NCBI GenBank assembly: GCA_003427395.1
Contig: BFEA01000012.1
Location: forward strand, 6,273,466 to 6,337,465
Reading direction: 5' to 3'
DNA from: Chara braunii
Taxonomy: Eukaryota > Plantae > Charophyceae
Length of the DNA stretch: 64,000 bases
The notes beneath the pieces were generated by a model, which was given only the letters and a program-made list of their open reading frames with translations, was not told the origin of the DNA and ran no database searches. The position numbers and the translations under genes were made by a program. Position 1 is the stretch's first letter, and each line of letters opens with the position of its first letter. This document shows positions 22,801 through 33,980 of this stretch, in pieces.

Positions 22801-23905
22801 AAGGGTTCAAGGAATTAATCTTTTTTATCCTCTGCTCTTTGGGTCGGGTTTTACAACCTGATTTGAATAGGTCTTGGAAGAAACTTCGTGCAATATGCAC
22901 ACATTGCAGAATGGAGGTGGTCAGCTGATCATGTTTTCAGTATGAATTATTTAAGGGCTCTATAACAGTTCCCCTTGTTCTTGCTTTTGCCATAGCAAAA
23001 AAACAGGAGTCCATCATTGTCCCCTCAGTTTTATACTTTCGTAGCTTCCCTCTGATACGTGCACCCTGCCATCGGTGTTCCACGCTAGCTATTATCTGAG
23101 TCTCTAACGATTGGATAACACTACTCAGTTCTTCTAGCTCATAATTTTTAGTTTCTTCTTGCTTCCTTGGCTGATTTAGCTGATGTTGTAATGTCATTTC
23201 ATCGAAAAAACGTTGGGATGCTAACGCTTTCGAAAATCCATTACATTTCTTGGCTACAAAAATCAATCCGTTATTGAACCATTGAACGTTATCGCCAAGC
23301 GTCAGCCTGTGATTTTGCCAGTATGCCCAGGATTCTTTATACGTTTGAAAATTTAGAAGTGTCAACAGGGATGTGTTTAGCTTGTAATAGCAAGGCCCTT
23401 GATCGGGCTTTTTCCGAAATGACAAAATCACCACACACATTGCATGATTTAGCACAGGATATGGGCTTTGTGAAAAAAATTCTGCAATTTGCAGTGCCCC
23501 CTCGAAATTTTCTGAAATAAGAATCAGGTCAATACGAGATCTGGAGATCCTTTGCGACCATTTTTTTCAAAAACTTGAAAAAGTACGTTTTGTCGGGTAC
23601 GATCTGCGGAAGGTGTCATACAGCCTTACTGACTTACAAAGGTTCGTTACTATGTGTTCGTTCATTTCGATATACGTAGGACACGGGGAAGGGATTTTTC
23701 ACTTGTCCAACCATCAGTTCGGGACAACATTCAAGTCTCCCGCCAGTATGATCGGGATGTCCTGCGGGATGCGTTTTTTAATTGATTCGAAAAATGTCAC
23801 TCTTGGCCCCGCCTCATTTGGAGCATATACACAAAAGATAGTCACCAACTCTATCTCCAACATAGCAAGCAGGAGTTGAAGATTTGACAGGGGCAATCCC
23901 CACAT
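19810..23905 (-). mobile_element. Nearly full-length, decayed L1/Tx1-type ORF2 (APE endonuclease, RT, zf-RVT)
   Basis: VYAPN...IILAGDLN (EN); IHPSQTNFIKGRKIQDNI...IDFEKTYDHVD, VRQWDPIAPFLF and LFVDDL (RT); SLMGRALVINNVI; CKLC...ETIEHIFLQCP. Confidence 0.92.
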
Positions 23906-23953
23906 GTACTGCTCGATCGCAAGCAGATACTCCTGGAAAGCAGTGGGGGTTAA

Positions 23954-24260
23954 ACCGTCAGTACCCTTCTGAAGTTGGTTTTCAAAGTCGCGCCACGGTG
24001 CCCAAGCGGGGTTAGGCCGTCGTTGATAAATTCAATAGGCGGTCCGTTTTCTATTTCAACCTTTTTTTCCCGCTCGCGGCCAATGTATGGGAAAGGCACT
24101 TGTGGCTTAAACCACAAGTACTTCCTAAAGTCGTGCCCGTTAACAAACCGCAATTTTATGAAACGTACGAGCCACTATAAGAGCGCCTTAATTCATCCAA
24201 CTAAAACTGTTTCTACTCTATTTTTTTTCGTGGCCGGTAGTTGGGGCAAGTATTGGTGGT
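23954..24260. mobile_element. Two adjacent ~150 bp MITEs (23954-24106, 24111-24260) sharing a central TTAA
   Basis: ttaa|accgtcagtac...gcacttgtggc|ttaa|accacaagtac...gtattggtggt|tcaa. The second unit is the reverse-complement homologue of 41440-41590. Confidence 0.8.
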
Positions 24261-25329
24261 TCAAGTTTTGAAACAAATCCCCGTTGCACTTGCCTAAGGT
24301 TAAATTAATAACCTTGATAGAGATTTGACACAACAGGTAATCTTTCGTTTCCCATGCATCCCATATGCCCTCGGCAACAACTTCCCTAATTTGTCCAGCA
24401 ATCAAGAACAAGTTTGCGTTTTGTTTCATCCCGAATGTTATTATGTCACACTTAGTAGTTGACAGTCCAAAAGCAGGAGGTAAATAATGAGATTAATAAA
24501 ATATGAAATACAACCACAAAGAAGATGATTTGAGCTTTGCTATCATGGCGTCATCATCTCCTCCCCTTCATCCCTTAACCCATCACACCGCCACGGGACC
24601 ACTCAATCCTTCCACTCAAAATGTCACTCAGTTTGAGGTGAACTTCCTCTACGTGCTATGTTATTTTATACTTCTTTCTATACTATTACTCCCGCGTTCC
24701 ACAGGTTCTCCGACTGTTACTTGTGACCAAAACATGAGCAACAAAAAAGAAAAAGAAAAAAAAATCAAAATACTATTGCGCCTAGGGGCGAATTTCGCCA
24801 TTCCTTAAAACATTATTTGCTCCATGGCGGTACCCCCAAAGCGAGGTATCCCCTATCCGAGCCAATTAAAAAAATTATTATCTTGCTTTCCACCACGTTT
24901 TGTCGTGCATGGTCCAATACTGGTGTCGTAATCGACATGTCATCCAAGAGTCATATCGAATCTGTGCAGACACTTATCAGCGGGAGGTAAGATGATCAAA
25001 TCCTTCACCCCTGTCATTCACGCCCAATTTACCCCCGGACAACTTGAAAGGTTAGAGCGTGAAGACCTTTGTCTTCTTCCTCTGTCGTGGTTCGAGGAAG
25101 GTAGGCATAATGAACTCTGATGGATTACGGTTCCACCTCTGAATTTGACATAATTCATCACAGATTTGGAATGCACGTTGCTGCAATAAAATAAATTGAA
25201 TTTTATCTTTTTGCAAGTTGCTCTTACATGCTTGCAACTAACGGGTCAAAACTGCACTTCTATCCCGCTGACAAACTCCTGAGTCCAATCCGCAAGGGAG
25301 AGTGTTGTCACTAAATGAGTAAATTAAAG

Positions 25330-25520
25330 CTAGTTACGCGGCCTAAGGGACACTGCATGTAAACATAAATAAGGTAGACTGAAATTATGGCTTGACGAAA
25401 ACAATATACACATTGCCTGCTTGCACGAAACAAAGTTGAGCGTAGACAAGACTAATTGGATAGGTAAGTGGTGGGATGGACCACAAATATGGTATCCAAC
25501 CCAAGGTTCAAAAGGAAGTA
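25330..25520 (+). mobile_element. LINE endonuclease N-terminal remnant
   Basis: IACLHETKLSVDKTNWIGKWWDGPQIWYPTQGSKG resembles INLQKMKLSEEKLTQLHDWWNGPDLWSPARGRKG at 37.4 kb. Confidence 0.65.
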
Positions 25521-26399
25521 AATTAAAAAATCGTAGATTTTTATGCAGATTCGTGAGGGAGATGGACTTGGGTGAAATTCCTAGTATAAAAATGTGGAAT
25601 GGATAAAGAAGTAGTTAATAAAGCCCTAAATTTTCAAGGTTTTTTCAGGGTGAGTCAGACTTGACACCAGTCCAAAGAGTGGACACCAAACAAACCAACA
25701 ACATTTCTCAAGACCGCAACAAACACTAAACTTGGCACATGCAAACCTTGACAAAATATAAAACAAGGCAAAAAAAAAAAAAAAATCCCCAAATGCACTT
25801 TTCAATGTTTGGGGGGGGGTAACTAGAGGTTGGAAAGTGGGAGTCCCTATTAACCACTTGTGAATGGATAGTGGCCTCTACTTATGTTTCTACGGACAAA
25901 CGAGAACGCATAACCATCTTCAGAGAAATTAATATATTATCCCAAATGCAAAAATATTTATGTTGCGCCGTCGCTCGGCCTGTCACATCCGGTCAGTCAT
26001 GCCCAGGTTAGTTGGGCAGAGGGATGATCGCCCAACAAAACCAGACAGGTCAAAAAAGAGGCAAGGATACCAAAAATAACAAAAAAAACTTCAGGCTAGA
26101 AATTCACTTAGCCTAAGAAGTCATAATAAAGTTTTAACTTCGATGTTGGTGATGGGTCATCCAGAGGGGGTTTGGGGGGTAAATAACAAGGAATTTCAAG
26201 GTGGCTCTTAGCCAAACGTTTTTTGTCGTGCAATTTTATAAAACAATTTATTTTAGATTTTTTTATTATTAATATTATCCGTTGGGACAGCCTAGGACCA
26301 TGCCCAGACCTTGCCCAACCCGGGCCACCAAGGGATCGGCACATGAAAATATTGTATTAGTTTGGGATTGAAATTTTTCATTGCATCATTTTCTTGTCC

Positions 26400-28200
26400 C
26401 AGTCGCATGAGTGTCCACAAAACAAATAATCCCTTCTTGAGTATTCTCAAGGGGGCGAGTATAATATTAGTACCCCATTTGAAATTCCTCTAGTAGTAGC
26501 TAGATAAAGATGGGTTCAATTGCTCAATGTGAACATAGAGGTAATTGGTCATTCTTTGCAACACTGTCGAAAACAATTGCAGTATATCTTTTGTCAAAGG
26601 CAGTATTGTGGTTAGTGGTCTCCCTAGGTGCGACATTGTGTGCAGTGTGGCTTGCAGAAAGGGGCATGAAAGTAGAACTAAAGTGTCAGAGATGCCATTG
26701 GGACTTTGAGTGAGCAGTCCACCTGTAGTGGGACTACGTATCCATAATCATGATATAAAAGTGGATGTTCAGGCATTAACATATAATTTTTGGATAATGG
26801 CTTTATATGGGATAAACAATGGATGTTGTTGGGGGGTTGTCATAAAAAACAATGTTTGTCAAAAGATTGGGGGTATGTTGGACAATTTTATTGAGTTTGT
26901 AGTTTCTATACGATTTGACAATCCATGAATGATTGTGTTTTTGATGGAAGGGAGTGGTCAAAAAAGCAGGTTCGCTCTAACTTTGTGATGCACTTATGCA
27001 TAGCAATCTTGATATACTTGCAGAGAAAGAGGCCAGAACGCAAAGTTCCTACAATCGGTTGAAATAGTTCAAGGAAACGATGTCTTTGTGATACCCCGCA
27101 ACGGTTGAAACAAATGAATCCTTGACTTTATAGCAATCAGATTAAGAAAGGTAGACTCTATTTTTGAATTACATAACAGGAGACAGGCAGAATGGAAAGT
27201 CATGGAGGGAGTGCCATACCTGGTAGGTGAGTCTTTGCTAGACTCAAGTCACCATTTCAGGTGGCTAGTAAGCGTATTATAGACACTAGGAGTAGACTAG
27301 TTTTAGATCGTTAGGCGACTTGTTAGATTGAAAGTGTATTGTATATATCATGTTGCGGAGACTTATGTGGCATATTGGTGAATTTGAGTCCTTGGGGGCT
27401 GATTGGGAAATATAGGTAGGATAATTTATGTGTGGGTTTGTGATGGAGTTCGTTATTTGGGGCGTTTTTTTGTTTGTGTGGATTTTTGGATTTGTGGTTA
27501 ATTCCCCCCCCCCAGGGTTGTGGAAAATCAGGCCATCGATATCCTTTTGGCCATTTCTGTCACTGGACTAAAATCCCCGCCTAAGTTGGGTAATGGTCCA
27601 AATACTCTTCCGGGTTGTCTGCGGAGGGATTCCCGACCTCCCCCCTTTCATTTTGTAATAAAATGGTACTAATTTTGTGTATTAAAATAAACAATTTGAT
27701 GCACTTTGTGCAAAGACCATACTTTTTTTTGCAAACACACACAAACTTTATAATCAATCAAAGAACGAGGTCGGGGGCCTCAAAGTTATACTCGGATATT
27801 GAGATAGGAGCATTCTCTGATTGTAAAATCTTAATATTTCAGCATGATCCATGATGACTATTCCATGTTGTGTCATGGGTATAAAGTCTCCAGGACCTTA
27901 AAAAAATCCTTGTTCTCGAAGTGTACTTAACAGTTGGGGGAGTCAATTAAGATGCTTTCTGGTTCCAGTGTGAGGTAATTATCTTGACGATAGACTGAGC
28001 TTCAAAACTTATCCTCAAAGCCACTTTGGCTTACAGTTTATCCAAACCGATTTGTTTTCCCTTTGCCTCCTTCCAGCTCCAAGTTGCACAGTCAATCCTC
28101 AACTGCTTGAGAGGGGTCCCATTGCATACTAGGTAAGGAACCATTGGGAAACCTTCCTTCCGGGGCATGAACAATATCACCCGAACGTCTATTAAACCCG
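26400..28200 (-). mobile_element. Heavily decayed LINE fragments
   Basis: Frameshifted CTQC...ETTNH near 26600-26650; 27810-27890 is similar in DNA to 37225-37300 within the EN region of another LINE. Limits are approximate. Confidence 0.45.
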
Positions 28201-28568
28201 CGAGACCATACTAGAAGTGCATGCCTGCCCATAGTAATATTGAGAGGCTAGGTCTCTCCTATTGGTATGTTTCCAACCAACATCTTACAGGATAATCAAC
28301 ATCCCAACTCTCCAACCGGCAGCATGACTCATCGTTGTCGGGGCAGATACCCTGACAATGGTATTTGCCGGGGTTTTCCAACGTCGGACGTTGTCCGACT
28401 TTTTCATGGAATTGAAGGACTTGATGAGAACGACGTCTGCCAAAAGTTTATTCAGACCTGGCCTATGACTGACAAATTAAAAGTTTCGAACGTTAGTTCG
28501 AACGCGTGTGGTGTCCAGGAGTAACGGATGTGAATGGTAATGCTTCGTTTTGTCAAAGCCGTGGGAAT

Positions 28569-29105
28569 GTGCGACATGGAAGTCGTAAAACTAGACCTAT
28601 TCTACCTAAAGTAATGTCACGCGGTTGTTAAGCTGCGCGATTCAGAGCCTAAGTAGGCTAAAAAGGGGTCGTCGTGACGAGGATGGACCACGGCGTGAAG
28701 GAACGATTTTAAGGTCCACGGGACGTGCGTCGAGGACCTGGGGCGAAGGCGTCGGGGCCAGTTAGGTAGGGTAGCCGTTGGGGCTGTCGGCTGCCGACCC
28801 CGCCTGCCAGCCACGGCAGCAAGCCGGCTTAGCATGCTCAGCCTGCTAAGCGCTGGGAAGGGGCCTATTGGGCGTTGGAAGCCCTTCATAGAGAAGGGCT
28901 GCTCCTTTTTTATTGTGAAAAGGAGCTAGCCCAGTAGGTACCGTCGCAAGATTACCACCCCGCAGGCATGGGGATCGAACCTGACTAACTGCACTACCGG
29001 GCTAGCTCCTTTTGGAGCAGCCTACGACTAGACAAGGGGTGCGACCGACTTTCGGCCGTGCGATCTTCGAGATCGCGTGGCTGAAATCAGCCGCGCCAGG
29101 GTGAA
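28569..29105 (+). other. Hairpin-dense segment starting GTGCGAC; possible 5' portion of an organellar group II intron (NUMT/NUPT)
   Basis: GTGCGACATGGAAGTCGT fits the GUGYG start with a first hairpin; many short stem-loops follow; no domain V/VI is visible. Confidence 0.35.
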
Positions 29106-29158
29106 ATGGCCTCTGCGCAAGGATGACACGCAAAAATCGAGAAATGTTCAATTTTTTT
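29106..29158 (+). pseudogene. U6 3'-half copy
   Basis: atggcctctgcgcaaggatgacacgcaaaaatcgagaaatgttcaattttttt, followed by A-rich sequence. Confidence 0.88.
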
Positions 29159-29772
29159 GTTTTTGGAAAAAAAAAATACAAACAAACAAACAAAGAGAAG
29201 AAAAAGGAGAGATGCAGGGAAGCGAGATTGAATTGCTCCCCCGCATCTCTGCTTAAAATACATCCAAATGCAGGAAGTTGACCCTGCCCTTTCGCTAGAG
29301 GGAATCGGCTAGTAGGTCGTGGCTATGCCACGACGTGACAGGACCGTTGGCATAAGCCAACGGAAAAAAAAAAAAAAAAAAANNNNNNNNNNNNNNNNNN
29401 NNNNNNNNNNNNNNNNNNNNNNNNNNNNNNNNNNNNNNNNNNNNNNNNNNNNNNNNNNNNNNNNNNNNNNNNNNNNNNNNNNNNNNNNNNNNNNNNNNNN
29501 NNNNNNNNNNNNNNNNNNNNNNNNNNNNNNNNNNNNNNNNNNNNNNNNNNNNNNNNNNNNNNNNNNNNNNNNNNNNNNNNNNNNNNNNNNNNNNNNNNNN
29601 NNNNNNNNNNNNNNNNNNNNNNNNNNNNNNNNNNNNNNNNNNNNNNNNNNNNNNNNNNNNNNNTTTTGTTTTTTTCGTTTTTAGATTTGCGTTAGATTTT
29701 TTTCTTCTTTCCTTTTTTTCTCTCTCGTGGTACCCGTTCGTTTCAAACGAACGAGCAGATAGGACTGCGCCT

Positions 29773-29825
29773 AACTGTTTCGTCGGACTTCCACCGACTC
29801 ATCAGGAGGCTGAGCCTCGACAGTT
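29773..29825 (-). ncRNA. Type III hammerhead ribozyme with intact core (HHR-1)
   Basis: Minus strand AACUG-UC|GAGGC-UCA-GCCUC-CUGAUGA-GUCGG-UGGAAGU-CCGAC-GAAA-CAGUU: all three stems Watson-Crick paired, GUC cleavage triplet, predicted cut between 29819 and 29818. Confidence 0.93.
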
Positions 29826-29913
29826 GGCCGGCCAACTGTATCAGCCGCATAAACGCGGCTATGTGCGGGCCGAATCCTCTCTCTGGGAGAGAGAGAGGGA
29901 AACGTGACTGTGC

Positions 29914-29970
29914 CAGACTATTTCGTCGGACCTTCACCGACTCATTAGGGGGTTGAACCCCTACAGTCTG
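29914..29970 (-). ncRNA. Second type III hammerhead (HHR-2) with a G5A core substitution; probably inactive in this copy
   Basis: Minus strand CAGACUG-UA|GGGGU-UCA-ACCCC-CUAAUGA-GUCGG-UGAAGGU-CCGAC-GAAA-UAGUCUG; GUA triplet, predicted cut between 29962 and 29961. Confidence 0.88.
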
Positions 29971-30007
29971 CTCGTGGGCAGCGAATGTGCCGCCTTAGGC
30001 GGCCAGG

Positions 30008-30083
<76 letters not shown>

Positions 30084-30187
30084 CCAGCTTACCTGCGCCC
30101 GTTGGATTGTGAAAAGGGCTGCAGTGTTAGCAGGCGCGCCCGAACTTGGCGCTGAGAGCGTCCGGGTGCGGGCGCGGGGCAAAGGGA

Positions 30188-30246
30188 GGAAAAAAGACCC
30201 TGTTTAGCTTGACTCTAGTTCGACTATGTGAGATGACTTGGGGAGG
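30188..30246 (+). rRNA. Short degenerate nuclear 25S/28S rRNA fragment; non-functional
   Basis: ggaaaaaagaccctgtttagcttgactctagttcgactatgtgagatgacttg versus conserved LSU GGAAAGAAGACCCTGTTGAGCTTGACTCTAGTCCGACTTTGTGAAATGACTTG. Confidence 0.88.
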
Positions 30247-32189
30247 GGACGTGCTCGTTCGTTTGCAAACGACAAGCTGCCCCTGCCGTAGAAAAATAAA
30301 AAAACAAAAACGAAAAGAAAAAAAAAGGGAGGGTAGAAGTTGGGAAAAGAAAAGGAAACGGCCGCGGATTTAGCCGCGGCCTCAGTCCAGATGCAAGTTT
30401 AGAAGCATCTGGACTATGGATAGACAGCAGACTGTTGCTGTTTCAACAGTCTGCTTGAAAATGGCTGAGTACGACCATTTCTGGGCTGCGTCTGGCCGCG
30501 GGTGAAGGCCAGATGCATTACCAAGGTTCAGAACTTGGTTCCCCTAGGGGAACATCAAGTTCCCTGGCCCCTGATCGTGATTTTGATCAAGGGCCAGACT
30601 CTATTTCGGGATTTGGCTGAGGGCAAAGCAGCTGCCCTCAGCATTCAGCCAGCTATAAAAGCTAGCCTGCCATCCAGCAGCCTCACACTTGTGGCAATGC
30701 TGCTGGGGCATTCTACTTGAGTAGATGCTGGCTGGCTGGCTGCTGGAGTGATGAGGCGAAGTGCTGGAGGTCTGCAGCGAGAGGGGAAAGGAGAGGCTGC
30801 CATAGCCACTCTTTCAGTTGGGGAGGTGCAGGGAAGGTGCTGCCTGCACGACGCTGTGGCGGCAACTGCTTTTGGTGAAGTGCACGGAAGGTGCTGCCTA
30901 TCCGGCACGACTGCGGTAGCTGTTTTTGCATTGGTGCAGGGGAAACTCTGGCCGTTTTGCACAGCGGCGGCAGTGTTTTGTTGGCATACTGCGGAAGCGT
31001 TGCCGAATTTTTGTGACGGCAACAGTGATTTTAGTGGCGATGGTGCGGAAGCGCTGCCGAAATTTTGTGGCGGTGGCATTGATTTTCACAGCGGTGGCGG
31101 CAGAGACATTTTGATGTGAACTGTTGGTAATATTATTGGCACAGTGGCGTGGTACCGGTTTTGACGGCGCGGTGAGCAGTAATTCCACCATCATTTTTTT
31201 GTAGTGTGCGGCAGTCATAGTGGGTCCCAGTGTGACCTGGAGGTTGGACTGACGCTGGTGCGTGGTTGGGATTGCGCGATAGTGCTGTGGCGGTAACGTG
31301 AGACCATCTGGGACCATTTTGGGACCAAGTGGGACTGATTTTAAGATCAAAACGGACGTATTGGGGTGGCTATTGTGAGCGTATGTGGTACTTGGAGACG
31401 GCGCGGACTTGCAATTGGTTGTGAGTATCCTTGGTAAAGGAAGTACAGTTGGGACTGTTGGGACCACATGGGACTCATTGTTGGGAACACCCTCTTGGAG
31501 GGTTATCTCACTTGAGTCTTTCAGTGGAGGTGGCTTCAAGCTCCGCTCATACGAGCACTTGGAGGGTGAGGTGGCCGTCGTTAAGTGGGACGACCACGAG
31601 TTGTGGAGTTGTGAGCTGCATATTTCCAGCTGCAACGGCGATCATTTTCTCAACTTTGACTGGAATACTACTCGGCTTTTTTAAGTGAGCCGGATCAAAC
31701 TTCACTCAAGGTCAGTTGAATGACTCAGATTTCCCGTCACACCTGTGTGAACCCGCATTTTGCTTGACCTTGTCATTTGAATGTTCGAAAGAAAAGGTAG
31801 AGGGAAAGTTGTGCGAGTCATGCATGTGAATGAGAAAGTCTGACTTGAGTATGGGATTGTGCTGTTTTCTTTGGAACTTGTGTTCCTTACTTGTTGTGCA
31901 GGTAGGTAGAAGGATGTTTGTCATGGAGATTGACATTGCCTATTTGGGATGGAGAAAAAAAATTGTCATGTTTCTATCTTCCACCTGCCTGCATGACAAA
32001 AGTAGTGGAATTATGAAATGAGTGAGTTCAGCGGGTGTCATGAAATAGAACTTGTGAATAAAGTGAAAATACAGTCAATTGGACTTAGCATTTTCCCAGG
32101 ATTGACACATTTTATCCGCAATGACCTTCTATATCTGTACATGTTAAAGTGATTCTCATTCTCTATCTCATTCAACTTCTTTACGTCTG

Positions 32190-33450
32190 AGTTACCGTGA
32201 ACCGAGAAGGGATGAGAATAATTGAAAATTACTTGCGGCGGACGCATTCTCTTTTCTCTAGGAGGCATCCAAGGCGGGGGTTCGTATGCTTTCGGAGCCG
32301 GCCCTGTTATCGACTTAGAGTGGACCCAACTCGTCGGGGGTGGTACTTTGCCGACTCGGTGGTGACGACACAACCTCTGAGGTTTGGGTCTTCGGGCTCA
32401 GGCGAGGGGAAGGAGTATCCACAGACCACTTCCTAGAGGAGAGGCATGCAACACGTCAAGCAATGCTCCTGATGAATAATCATCTGCGAAGCAACCTGTC
32501 ATCCAGGAAGATTGAGAATGTATGAAGACAGACGTATGTGTGTTTAATCATAGGTCGACTTTAGGTGGAATGAGTAACTTTGGCAACGTGTCTCATCAAG
32601 TCAAAACTAAGGCAGCCTGACTACCTTGTCGGCTGCATCTATGTTACTATCGATAGTCAACTCCTCGTTGGCGATTGTATGCTTCCTTTGTGGAGTTCGA
32701 CTCGGGGTGGTCGGATTGTTTTGATATCGTGTTGTTGTATGTACTATATGTTGATTCTCTTCTGTCAGTCATCATTTCATATTAGGCATGTTCCTGTCGA
32801 CTACGGTCGACGCTTTTTGGTAGAATTATGTGTGTTCGTTATAACTTTCTTTCGATTATGTGTCTAAGGGACTAGGATTATATGTTGGGTTTCACGTTTG
32901 GTCGAGGCCGTCCTAGTCGACCGACGCTCGTTCGTACCGAGGAGATCAGCGCCCTCGAGAACGGACAACGTTCGGGTCCACTTGGCGTTAACCAAGCGTA
33001 CCTATACTCCAGCGAGCAAGCAAACGCCCTCGGCTGACCTACCTCTGCAATTGCATGTAAAAGCTTTCGCACGTGGGTCGGTAGCTCGGTAGGGATATGC
33101 CCCTGAGGGTGGTGACAGCCCCCAAGGGAAAGTAAGTGTGCCCCGCAAAAACCTATCCTGTCCTAGGGGACCGCGGGATGTATAGCTGGCGCACCCGGCT
33201 AGAGCGGCGAAGGGACAGTGCAACCGCGTCCGTCTTGGCGGTTCGCGGGATTATTTCTGCATCGTCCTAAGTTGTTTCTTGATTTTGTTTTGTTCTAACT
33301 CCTGCGTGACATGGCTGGGAGAGCCCTCGTTCACGCGAGGGCCGATGCGCTCGACACCGTAATCCCGCTCCCACCTATACGAAGTGTCGGGAGGATTCAC
33401 CACCTTCGGGCCCAGAGTTACCCAACTTGTGAAAATCGCCCGTCTTAACA
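32190..33450. mobile_element. Possible LTR-like non-coding repeat abutting a LINE
   Basis: Ends ...gtcttaaca at 33450, where LINE-like coding sequence starts; shares gtcctagtcgaccg and ctaggggacc with 42733-42950. No TG start or TSD confirmed. Confidence 0.3.
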
Positions 33451-33490
33451 ACTCTACCTATTCCACTTAGACAAAGTGTTGCTCCAACCG

Positions 33491-33980
33491 TTCTCTCAAC
33501 TTCCCTTTTAATTTCCTCTGCAATCATCCCATAGTCATTGACCTTCGATACCCCCTTTTGAATCCAACTCTGTCTGAAGTACCCGAATTTGCTCTCAATA
33601 AAGAAAATCGCACCATTGTTGTTTATGATCCAGTTGTGCTCAACGAGAGACTATCTTCTAACATCCTCCTTTGACCTCGGTGGTGCTAATAGCCTAGGCC
33701 TGACTTTCCTCGAGGCAGCAAGGACATCCTACTACCATTCTCTCAACTTCCCTTTTAATTTCCTCAACAATCATCCCATAGTCATTGACCTTCGATACCC
33801 CCTTTTGAATCCAACTCTGTCTTAAGTACCCGGACTTGCTCTTAACAAAGAAAATTGCACCATTGTTGTTTATAATCCAGTTGTTCTCAAGGAGAGGTAA
33901 TCTTCTAACATCCTCCTTTGACCTCAGAGGTGCTGATAACCTAGGCCTGACTTTCCTCGAGGCAGCAAGGACATCCTACT
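33491..33980. repeat. 247 bp tandem duplication of LINE sequence
   Basis: ttctctcaacttcccttttaatttcc...aaggacatcctact starting at 33491 and 33738. Confidence 0.95.

Larger units (their letters stand above)
29738..30272. mobile_element. ~535 bp cassette bounded by 20/21 bp inverted repeats, carrying ribozymes, (GA)n and an rRNA piece
   Basis: tcgtttcaaacgaacgagca (29738-29757) versus tgctcgttcgtttgcaaacga (30252-30272); T-rich left flank and A-rich right flank; no TSD identified. Confidence 0.55.

Noticed and set aside
28950-29012. tRNA-like B box on the minus strand (GGTTCGATCCC)
   Set aside because: No cloverleaf or anticodon arm; better explained as part of nested inverted repeats.
29203-29260. 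aaaggagagatg resembling U6atac
   Set aside because: The match stops after 12 nt in purine-rich sequence.
30645-31688. 245 aa and 144 aa ORFs
   Set aside because: Built partly from degenerate short repeats; no recognisable domain; cannot be assigned.
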